Assembly: GCF_036971445.1 (NCBI RefSeq)
Contig: NC_091473.1
Span: forward strand, 183,892,001-183,956,000
DNA from: Narcine bancroftii
Lineage: Eukaryota
Length of the DNA: 64,000 nucleotides
Direction of reading: 5' to 3'
The position numbers were made by a program, and so were the translations under genes. The notes beneath the pieces are model-generated. The model searched no databases and was not told the DNA's origin. It was given only the letters and a program-made list of their open reading frames with translations. Positions 36,724 through 47,933 of the stretch are shown here, piece by piece; position 1 is the stretch's first letter, and each line of letters begins with the position of its first letter.

Positions 36724-37606
36724 TCAAGGATCCACACCACCCAGCACACACTCTGTTCTCGCTAATTCCATCAGAAAGAGGTCGAGGTGCTACAAGACTC
36801 ACAACATCAGGTTCAGAAACAGCTGCTCCCCCTCCACCATCAGACTCCTCAACGACAAACTCAATCAGGGGCTCATTTAAGACTCTTACTTTTACACTTT
36901 GTTTATTTCTCTCTGTAATTACGCAGTTGTTTACATACATACAGTTACAGTATATTTTTGCACTACCAATAAGTGGCAATTTTGCCTGGCCCACAGGAAA
37001 AAGAATCTTAGGGTAGTATGTGGTTTCATGTATGTACTCTGACAATAAATCTGAAATCTGATAGGCACATGGATGGAAGAACATTTTAGGGCTGTGGACT
37101 GTGAGGTTGGGAAGGGTAAGATTTATGGTTGAATATGTTTATATAGTTCAACACAACGAGGACTGAAGAGGTTGTTCTATTTTTATTTAGTTTTAGAGAT
37201 ACAGTACAGTAGGAGGTCCTTCTGGCCCAGGTGCCTGCACTGCCCAAATACACCCAATGATCAATTCATCTAACGACCCTGTACCTTTGTTTTGGAGGCT
37301 GGGAGGCAACCAGGGCATCTGTCAAAAGCCCACACAGGCATGGGAAGACGTATGGTCTCCTCACCAACAGCTCCAGAATTGAACGCAGGCCTTTGGCGCT
37401 GGATTTGCATTGCGCTAACTGCTACTCTAACTGTGCCACCACACTGTGATCCAATTTGCTCTACGTTCCAACACAAAATTCTGCAGATGCTGTGATATGA
37501 AGTAAAAAGCACAGAAATGCTGGAGGAACTCAGCAAGTTTCGCAGCATCCATAGGTTGTACAGGTATAATACCGAAGCTTCAGGCCTGAGCTCTTCTTCA
37601 AGGCAT

Positions 37607-38160
37607 TGTGAGAGATGAGTAAAACTAATATAAAAATATGTGTAATGAATAAAGCCAGTATGAATAGGATAAGGGTAGATAATAGAATGTAGGAAGTAAA
37701 GTTAGTCTGAATAAGATAAGGGTCTTCTAGCCTTAGAGAGAGTCAGCAAGTTCCGCATATGTAATTAGTAAGCACTAGACAGAATTAGCAAGTTCTGCAT
37801 ATAAGAGTTAGTAAGTCCTGAGGGTTGGGAAGGTGTGAATAAGGACAAAGGCAGATGAATAAGGACAATGACATGATGGGACACAGACAGGATATCCCCT
37901 GATCCTCCAAGTTCACAGAAACAGCACGTAGGCAGACAGGATTGCCTAATGCCAAACTTATCCAGGAGGCAGAAGAATGTTGGGGGAGGAGGGTACCTCT
38001 ACACTGAAATGAACTGTATAAAAGATGGGTGAGCCCCAGTATGTGTGTGTATTCCCAGGGTAAGGGGAAGCACCCAACTTTGCATTGTTGTATAATAAAT
38101 GTTCTTTGTTCTCAATTTTTGTCTCGAGCAATTTCTGTGAAGGTACTTCTGTTTCTCACA
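37607..38160 (+). mobile_element. ERV solo LTR (family B)
   Basis: TGTGAGAG...TTCTCACA termini; TSD gcat/gtat; TATA-like box and AATAAA inside. Confidence 0.9.
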
Positions 38161-38339
38161 GTATTGAAAAAGCAGGCAGCGTCTGAGTAAAAGCAATGGT
38201 GGGGGAAGCGTTCAGACAAACAGGCAAAAGGTGATAATAGGACATGAAGAAGTGGCTAGGAGAGAGAAAAGTGAGAATTGATATGGGGAGGGGGTGAGCT
38301 CTTTGAATGCCAAGCTGGAGTAAAGGAGACAGACGGAAA

Positions 38340-38690
38340 AGAGAAGAGAGAGGGACCGAGCTGCAGGAAAGGTTCTCCTCCAACCACAGGAGGTGCTCCA
38401 CTTGCACCCACACTTCCTCCCTCACCACAGGGGTCGTGTACTGCATCTGGTGCTCCTGTTTTGATCTCTACATTGGAGAGAGTGGCCGTCGACAGGAAGA
38501 TCGCTTTGTTGAGCACCTCAGCCCTGTCTGCTGCAATAGCAGACATCTCCCAGTGGCCACCCATTTCAATTCCATGCCCCATTCCCTTGCCAACATGCAT
38601 TGCCAGGCTGAGACCACCTGCAAAGTGAAGGAATAACATCTCATCTTTGGTCTGGCACCCCCCAACCAGATGGCATTAGCATTAACTTAA
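38340..38690 (+). mobile_element. Penelope-like GIY-YIG remnant
   Basis: VVYCIWCSCFDLYIGESGRRQEDRFVEHL...PVATHFNS. Confidence 0.8.
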
Positions 38691-39335
38691 CACTGGCAGA
38701 CTGACCTCAGTCTGGCCAAAGCCAGATGATAGGTCTCAGACACCTCCACTTTTTTACCCCTCCAGCTGAACACCACCAAAACCACTTCCTATATCATGCA
38801 TTTTCTCTGAACTCATTACTTCCAGTCATCTCTGTGTTTATATACATTTACTTCTTTGTCTGGTGAAAGATTATGTCAGTCTTTAGAGAGTTTCAATAAA
38901 AATTCAATGTTGATGGAATTATTTCTCCTTCATGTGCCTAAGGAACAGGATAAGCATCAATAATGTTTTTAACAATCCTTCTAGCCAGGGTGATAACCTG
39001 CTGATAAATGGGCGAAGAGAAGCTAAGTGCACGGCAGATAAAATCTCAGGCTGGGAGTTGCTGGGGACAACAGCAGGGACAAAGCACAAAGGTGCAGAGT
39101 GGCTCACTCAATTGATTCAGCTCGAATTACTCCAAGACTATTAATAATGAATTCACTGCATCCACAGGGGGATTATGCTTTTAACAACTCTCACATCGTT
39201 CACTGTAATTCTCTGTGCTTTTATTTACCATCTGTACCACTGCCGCTTGGTTTTGGATAATAAGAAGGAATTCCTGGACACTGGCACAGATTTGTATTTC
39301 TTCCTTTGCAACTAGTGAGGTACCAAAGTCTGGAG

Positions 39336-40263
39336 CAGTGTTTCTCAACTAGGGTTCCTCAAGAGGTCGCTAGGGGTTCCACGAGAAACAGTGATAAATT
39401 GGCTAATTGAGTAATTTTGTTTAATTTTATATTCGTAATTTTACTATACACGGACGGCATATTGCTGGAATAAAGGTTTCAACCTCATATTATTTAAAAT
39501 TATAATAATCACAGGGAATGTACTTAGCGATGTCTATATGGCGCCAGTGTTAAACCACCTTCACTGGTTGGTGGTCAGGACCTGTACGTGGTGGATTCGT
39601 GTATCGTTGAGTGCTGCATTTTTCATCCTCTTGCATGTGTGAGCAAACCTTTTCTTATTTAACAAGCATCAAAAGCAGACAGAAATGGCCTCCTTTCAGT
39701 TGAAAATGAAATCCGTGTGTATTTATCTAAAATTCAATGAAGTATTTGTGTAGCAAAAGACAAGCACAGGTTTCACATTAGAGGAGCAAATCTCACTCTC
39801 TAAATCGGCTTTGAAAATAACATTTCCTTGGCGCATATATTTGTTCATTGGACATTGTACCTTGATTTATCCTTATGCCTTTTCAACATTGTCAATAAAT
39901 TATAAGTTACTGTAATAGTTATCTGCTTTCGTTCATGTGTTACACGCATGTCATATTGGTTATTGATGTTTATTTTTTCTCTGTGTGTTTACAGATTTTT
40001 TTTGAGAATGAAAACCTCGGAGTGAGGTCTCATAAACGAACAGTATTTTTTTGCATTGCCAATAAATTTGACAAAGAAAGGGGTCATTTTTCCTTCAACA
40101 AGTTATCCAAAAAAAATATACAATGCTTACCACGTGAACTACGATAAAAATATAAAAGAGATAGATATTAATAATGGTACATAAGAATTTTTATGCCGGG
40201 GTTCCCTGGGACATGAAAACTATTTCAAGAGTTCCACAAGGGTAAAAAGGTTTAGAAACGCTG
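39336..40263 (+). mobile_element. Non-autonomous hAT (Charlie-like) DNA transposon
   Basis: TIRs cagtgtttctcaac / gtttagaaacgctg; flanks gtctggag/gactagag (near NTCTAGAN); transposase tail LCSKRQAQVSH*. Confidence 0.75.
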
Positions 40264-40880
40264 GACTAGAGGGTGGCTGATGTACTTCAAAACTGCAGGA
40301 GCACGTCGGGGAAGTGCAGACCAGTGAGCTGAACATCTCAGTGGTGGGAACATTACTGGAGGGGATTCTGAGAGACAGGATCAAACTGTGGTTGAAAAGG
40401 CAAGGACCGATGAGGAAGTAGGGGATAGTCAACATGGCTTTGTGTGTGGGAATGTATGTATTGTGGACTTAACTGAGATTTTTTGAAAAGGTTTCAAAGA
40501 GGATGGAAAGAGGCAGGGCAATATATGTTATTTACTAGGATATTAGCAAGGTCCTGACTGTTAGGCTGGCCAGCATCAGCGAGTCCAGGGTGTGTTACCT
40601 AGTTGGATACAAAATTACCTGGGTGGAAGGAGTCAGAGGGTGGTAGTGGAGGTGTGTTTATTAGATTGTAGGCCCACAAACACCAGTGTGCCATAGAGAT
40701 TGAACCTGGGTCCCCTGTCATTTATCATGCCACATAAATGGTTTGGATGAGAACAGGCCCTGATTCTGTGTCACGGAACTCTCTGACTCTAAGATCCTAT
40801 GTGCCACTTTAAACAGCCGCATTTCTATTGTATAAAAACTAAGTTTGCCGGGAGTTTCCCGATTTGATTGGAATCCTCAC

Positions 40881-41072
40881 TTTTTGCTTCCTAACTTGAT
40901 ATCCACCCTGTGGTCCAATGTAATTCCAAGCTCCCTGGCATAGTCATCACTGTACCACACCCGCAACTTGCAGTGAGGAGGAACAGGCTTGCAGGTCCAG
41001 TAATAAATCTTTCCATGGTGCTGGAAGGTGACAAGGTTCTGCTCCTCCTCTTTCCTGGCACAATTCACAAAC
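40881..41072 (-). pseudogene. PRDM9: PRDM9-like PR/SET C-terminal exon
   Basis: [27 protein letters not shown]...[15 protein letters not shown] vs human [27 protein letters not shown]...LLVWYGDEYGQELGI. Confidence 0.9.
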
Positions 41073-41240
41073 CTGGAACACAAGCAAGCAAATATAAAGC
41101 AGACACTTAAAAATAGCAAGAGAATCCATATAACCATATAACCGTTTACAGCATGGAAACAGGCCGTGTCAGCCCTTCGAGTCCATGCCGGTTCACTTGA
41201 ACAACACCACTAGCTCCGCCGCCCTCCTGCTCTCTGCCCA

Positions 41241-44200
41241 TGTGAGAGATGAGTAAAACTAATATGAAAATATGTGTAATGCATAAAGTTAATCTGAATA
41301 AGATAAGGGTCTTCTAGCCTTAGAGAGAAGTCAGCAAATTCCGCATATGTAATTAGTTTAGACAGAATTAGCAAGTTCTGCATATAAGAGTTAGTAAGTC
41401 CTGAGGGTTGAGAAGGTGTGATTAAGGACAAAGGCAGGTTTAGGACAATAAGGACAATGACATGATGGGTCACAGCACAGACAGGATACCCCCTGGTCCT
41501 CCAAGTTCACAGAAACAGCACGTAGGCAGACAGGATTGCCTAATGCCAAACTTATCCAGGAGGCAGAAGAATGGTAGGGGGGGAGGGTACCTCTACACTG
41601 AAATGAACTGTATAAAAGTTGGGTGAGCCCCAGTGTATGTGTGTATTCCCAGGGTAAGGGGAAGCACCCAACTTTGCATTGTTGTATAATAAATGTTCTT
41701 TGTTCTCAATTTTTCTCTCGAGCAAATTCTGTGAAGGTCCTTCTGTTTCTCACAAATGGGGGCTCGTCCGGGATCCCACTCCCTCCACTGACAGAGTGCC
41801 TGACGACGAGGGTAGGTGCACCCCGGCTGATTCAGCTGGACTCACGGACGACGGGTGACTGGTCAGTGGATGAAGCGAGTGATATCCGAGAAGAGGCATT
41901 GAGAACAAACGACGGGAGGATGTTAAGGAAGCGCGCTAGGAATAGCTACTGGATCCCAGTGAGAGGAATTTTACTTACCTGTTAGTATGGGAGGTGTGAG
42001 TAGCAAGGAAAATAGTCCTAAGGAAGGACGGGACGATCAGATAACTAAGCAAAGTCCGTTAGGATTAATGTTATCTGATTGGGGTGCGGGGAGAACCCGC
42101 GGGAAAGACAAACAGACCATGGTCAGGTATTGCTGTCTGGAATGGGTTAAAACCCCGATAAAAGGGAATTCGGTATATTGGTCAAAGTTCGGATCCGATG
42201 AGGACTAACTGGATGTGTCAGGCATTGAACATCTGGCTCTATCAAAACCAAAGAGATAATATTGAGAGCAAAGAATATGCAGCCTGCTGGCTCAGTGGAT
42301 CGGTTGATCAACTGGGTTTGAATGTAAAGGAATGCAAGGACAAGAAGGATGAGGATGTCCCTGAAACACAAGGATGGGATGTGTTACATTCCCTTCCTCT
42401 ACCTTATGCCCCTCCTATGCCGGCTCCTATCTTTCCCCTCTCTCCTATGCTCTACCCTTCTTCACCTTCCCCTCCCCCCCACAGCTAAAGAAAGGAGAAG
42501 AAAGTAGGGGTGGTATGATGACCTGTTCACGAAGTACTAGATTACCACCTCAATTGACAAGAGAGGGAGGAGACTTTGATTCAAAACAGTGTGAGACCCT
42601 CCGGGAGGGAAGGGCAGAACCCTTTGATTCATTTCCCGGAGAGCAGGAATCTAGACATTATAAAGGAGAGGATAAGCCAGAAATTAACTGGATGAGACCT
42701 TTACGGGAAGTTCCCATGGGAGGGGGGGTCTCAGTTTCGTAAATGTGCCCCTGACTAGTAAGGAGGTGCATAATTTTAAGAGAGAATGCCCAATAAACAG
42801 AAAGGAAAGGCTAAGATTTTGATGCAGGCAGTCAAGGAAGTCGTGGAGGAACAGCAAGGAAAGGGTAGGGGCTGTGTGGCAGCTCTTGGACATTGGGAGG
42901 AGTTCCGGGAGTGGGAGAGTAGAGACTAGAGCAGGGGCAAGGGTAGAGGGGAATTCCGGGGATGACGACCGTTCCCGGGACCTCGTGGTAATCCAGGTAG
43001 GAATTGGGAAATAGGAGCATTAGTTTGCTACCATTGTAAAAAGGAGGGACATTTTAAGAGAGAATGCCCAATGCAAGCCAGGGAGACGTGATCTTACGCA
43101 CTGATGGAAGCAGATTATGAATAGGAGGGTCACAGTTCTCAGTCAATACACACTGTGGGGCTGCACGGAGAACCATTGGTAAATTTAAGCATAGAACCCC
43201 ATAGTGACAAGATGACCTTTTTAGTAGATTCTGGGGCAGCCCGGTCTAGTATTTTACAACCACCCGAGGGTGTTAAAATAGAAGGGACAGTGATGATTTC
43301 GGGAGTGGGAGGAACAGATTTTATGGTCCCTGTATTAAGGGATGTAAGAATAGAAATGGGAGAGAAGATAGTAACGGAGGACATTCTACTAGTTCCCCAA
43401 GCTGGAGTTTGTTTGTTAGGACGAGATTTACAGGACCAATTGGCTATCGGCACCAGACCACAGGAATCAGGTATTGGGGTTCAATTGTATGTATTAACCG
43501 AGGAGGATCGGGAACTAATAAATCCTGGAGTATGGGCAAAAAGAAGCAATAGAGGAGTGTTAGATATTCCTCCCCTGCAAGTTACTTTAAAAGATCCTGA
43601 GCAAGTAATTAGACGAAAGCAGTATCCAATTCTGATGGCTGGCCGAAAGGGGCTGCAGCCAGTAATTGACCAGTTGGTGAAAGATGGTATACTCGAACCT
43701 TGTATGTCACCTTTTAATACCCCTACCCCTGAGGCTAACGACTCAGAAAGGGACTTTCTGCCTCTCTATACGAATTAAAACGGAAGGGTTTATTAGCTCA
43801 AAACCCACCCCTGGAGCATCCTATTCATTTTATTAAATCTGTTGATTGGGTATATAAGCATGGCAAGATCACCAACTAAAACCTGTCTAGGACGGCCCCT
43901 ATTGTGTACTTTTGATTACAGACACTGCAGTGCGAATGAAAGAAAAGGGGTGGACTCACATAGAACGATTTAAACAAGCTGCTGATCCACGGACTAACGA
44001 CATTGATAATCTACCCTCCACCTGGTGTGCAGTCCTTCATCCTTCTGATCTGAAAGTTACACTACGCGGGGAAAAAGTGCTGTAATGCTATTTTTACGAT
44101 TTGTTGTTATGTTTACTTGTTGGTTCCCAATTTTTGGGAAATCACCAAATTGCTCATGATGTATTAAGTCCTCCTGGAACAGGGGCAGCAGAGGTGACAA

Positions 44201-45702
44201 TTATTTACCTTTAGAATGTAGACAGGGCACAGGTATAGAGTATAGTCATAGTGGGGTATGGGTTAATATAGGATCCCAACATGGACCAGGGGAACAGAAC
44301 GGCCCTAGGGGAGTAGATTTGATTTGTATTTCGGCCTCTACTGGTATTAAAATGAGGAGTTTTAAAGAGATAGCACAAAGAAGATGGTGGGACAATGACA
44401 GACAGAATGTTAGTCAGGATTGTACATGTAGCAGAGATAGAGTGAATACAGATGCTAATGTTCACAGACAGGCTGCAACTCACAGGTTCAGTGATACTTA
44501 TGCTAATGTTCGCAGACAAGCTGCAACTCACAGGTTAAGTGACAAGAAACACCCCTCCCCAACTTGGTCTCCTGTAAATCATCCTTTGGGTCACACAGAC
44601 ATTCGGAATGTTAAGAACCACCACTGTAAGGGGAGTTCCAGTTGTAAATGACGTAAGCTGCTCCAGAACACCACAACTGCTTGGCATTTAAATCGTTTAA
44701 TCAGACTCCAGCCTTGGAGATCATCACCGAACAGACAGTGATGGCCCTGAATTTATGGGCTGAAGAAAGACGACAGATACGGTCAGGCGGTTAAAGACAC
44801 TTCTTCAGGAGTTCGAAAATCTTCCCATGCCCAGGTTCAGACTTGGCAACCTTGGTCCGTCCGGTGTGGGATGGACTAGACTTTTTATTGGTAACTGGAG
44901 TCTGATACCCACAGCCCTTATAGCAGGTGGACTCACTATTCTGGCCATTATGGTGCTCCCCTGCCTAAAGACTTGTGTACAGTATTTAATTCAATGGACC
45001 CCTCGTCAGATCACTATAACCCAAAGGATGTATGTTTCCCAAATTCTGTCTGATGATGCTGAGACTGCAGTTCATTTACTGACTCGCTGGGAAAAAGACC
45101 AAGTTTACAAGTAATACATTCCAGTTGAGAATTCACGAAACGTAGCTAAAAGTAAAGTGAGGATTGTGAGAGATGAGTAAAACTAATATGAAAACATGAG
45201 AGATGAAGAAAGCTAGTATGGATATATGTATAATGAATAAAGCCAGTCTGAATAGGATAAGGGTAGAATGTAGGAAGTAAAGTTAGTCTGAATAAGATAA
45301 GGGTCTTCTAGCCTTAGAGAGTCAGCAAGTTCCGCATATGTAATTAGTAAGCCTTAGACAGAATTAGCAAGTTCTGCATATAAGAGTTTTTAGTAAGCCC
45401 TGAGTGTTGGGAAGGTGTGAATAAGGACAAAGGCAGGTTTGTGAATAAGGACAATGACAGGATACCCCCTGGTCCTCCAAGTTCACAGAAACAGCACGTA
45501 GGCAGACAGGATTGCCTAATGCCAAACTTATCCAGGAGGCAGAAGAATGGTGGGGGGGGGGGTACCTCTACACTGAAATGAACTAATGAACTGCATAAAA
45601 GTTGGGTGAGCCCCAGTATGTGTGTGTATTCCCAGGGTAAGGGGAAGCACCCAACTTTGCATTGTTGTATAATAAATGTTCTTTGTTCTCAATTTTTGTC
45701 TC
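41241..45702 (+). mobile_element. Internally deleted class I (gamma/epsilon-like) endogenous retrovirus, antisense in a PRDM9 intron
   Basis: 5' LTR 41241-41754; PBS TGGGGGCTCGTCCGGGAT (tRNA-Pro) 41757-41774; gag MG start 41987; CCHC knuckle ~43026; TAG at 43122 in frame with protease FLVDSGA; start of RT; env/TM-like remnant; 3' LTR from ~45165. Confidence 0.92.
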
Positions 45703-46129
45703 ATCCAACCCCCTCACATCCATGTACACATTCTTCTTTCTTCTTCTTCTTCTTCTTCTTCTTCTGTTTAACCTTCTGTTAAATGACAGAAGGGACCCTG
45801 CTGCAACTATCTCTTCTGGAAGATCATTCCTCCAGAATGTAAATCTCTCAGTGAGGTCTGCTAAAACTGGGGATGCCCCAGCCATGCCAAAATTTCAACC
45901 TTAAATATCAAATAAATTTGACCTAAACTCTGACTGTGTCTTTGAGTCAAACTTACTGGTGTTTCTCTTGCGACAGACATGACCTGTTCTGCTTAATGTT
46001 TCCAGCATTTACCATTTTGATTGTAGTTTACAAGCACCTGCAGTTTTGTTGATTTTCAACCTAAAATATGCTGGTCAGAGAGAGCAATGATGAAATCTCA
46101 CACAGGACAGATGCAGAAAATATTGGCTC

Positions 46130-46825
46130 TGTGAGAGATGAGAAAAACTGATATTGCAATATGAACATGAAGAAAATAAAATTGATACATAAGTAAATTA
46201 ATGAAGCCAGTACAAACAACATGAGACATGGATATTAGAAGGCAGGAAGCTGACACTGTCTGAGTAAGATAAGAATCTCCTAGAGAATCAGCAAGTTCAC
46301 TAACTGAAGGAGATAAGGACAGATAATTGATGATAGAAGTAGAGTTAGTCTGAACGAGATAAGGGTCTCCAAGCCCCAGATAGAATTAGCAAGGCTTGCG
46401 CATAAATAATTAGACAGTATTAGCCAGTTCTACATATATAATTAGTAAGCCATACACAGATTTATCAAGGGACTGTAGCTCTGAGAGTTGGATAGGTGTG
46501 AATGGGGACAAGGGCAAGGTTATGAATAAGGACAATGGGGATAATGACATGAGAAGACACCGACAGGAAACCCCCTGGTCCTCCAAGTGCACAGAAACAG
46601 CAGGTAGGCAGGCAGGATTGCCTAATGCCAAACCTCTCCAGCAGGAGGCAGAAGAATGTAAGGGGGCAGGGGTTATTCCTATACTGAGATAAACTGTATA
46701 AAAGTTGGGTGAGCCCCAGTGTATGTGTGTATTCCCAGGGTAAGGGGAAGCACCCAACTTTGCATTGTTGTATAATAAATGTTCTTTGTTCTCAATTTTT
46801 ATCTCGAGCAATTTCTTTAAAGGTA
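46130..46825 (+). mobile_element. ERV family B LTR, diverged or truncated
   Basis: tgtgagagatg start and conserved R/U5 block. Confidence 0.8.
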
Positions 46826-47216
46826 AGGGTTAGCTCCGTTGTTTACAGGGAGGTAAAGGAGAAAGGTGTGAGGCAACATGACGTGGTTAATTATATGTTC
46901 CATAGAATGATGTATTCACGTACGTCCCACAATGAGACCTAATTTTAATTGTGGCTTTGTTATTCCCAGCCACAGATCAATTCAGAACTGGCTAATTATT
47001 CGATGAGAGGTTTTGAGCATCAGGTAACATCCCAGGAACACGCAGTTTGAGATGGGAGTTGTGTATCATGGGGCGAGGTTGTCAAAACTTAGTATAGGCA
47101 GAGAAGGCATCTGCTGGATGGAGTACTGATTCTTTCTGGATCAATGATTTAAGACAGAACACTGATGGTCTCAATGTATCTTGCAATCCTGATCACCGGC
47201 ATTAATCTTTCCTTAC

Positions 47217-47284
47217 CTCATCCAGTTTGATTTAAATTTGTCCTGGGCATCAATGTATTCAATGTTGTTGTTTATCCTGTTGAT
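47217..47284 (-). pseudogene. PRDM9: PRDM9-like PR/SET 68-nt exon
   Basis: INRINNNIEYIDAQDKFKSNWMR vs human [23 protein letters not shown]; acceptor tctctag, donor gtaagg. Confidence 0.9.
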
Positions 47285-47933
47285 CTAGAGAAAGATTTCG
47301 AGATACAAACAAGATTAATAAAGTCAAGTTTATGGTCATCTGATTTTAAAATTACAACCTGATGAAATAACATTCTCTGGTCCTCAGCGCACAACACGCA
47401 GACAAACAACCAAACATAACATAAATGCAGACAAAGAATATATGTGCAGGACAAGCATTCATATACACAAAAAAAAATTTTTGTTTCATGAGTATGAGAA
47501 TCAGGGTTAACATGAGCAGCTCCTTTGGTCATTCAGCATTCTCACTGCCCATGAAAAGGAACAGTTCCTCAGTCTGGTGCTGGCTCTGATATTCCTCTAT
47601 CTCTTGGGAGCAGCTGAAAGATGCCATGTGGAGGGTTGAAGAGATCCTCAATGATTTTGCGTGCCCGCTTCAGATAACGCTCCCAGTAGATCACATCGAT
47701 GGGATGCGGGACTCCATTGATCCTCTCTGCCACTCTTATGGTCGTGTGGATTGACCTCTGATCCATTTCTCTGCAACAACTGTTACACACTGTAAAGCAG
47801 CCGGCCAGGAGACTTTCAATGGAGCTCCTGTAGGAGGATGACATGATGGTGGCTGGTAGCCTTGCTCATTTCAGTCTTCTCAGGAAATGCAGTGGCTGTT
47901 GCACCTTCCTTACAAGTGAGGAGATGTTGAGTG

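Noticed and set aside
41757-41774. tRNA-Pro gene
   Set aside because: Only the 18-nt retroviral primer-binding site is present.
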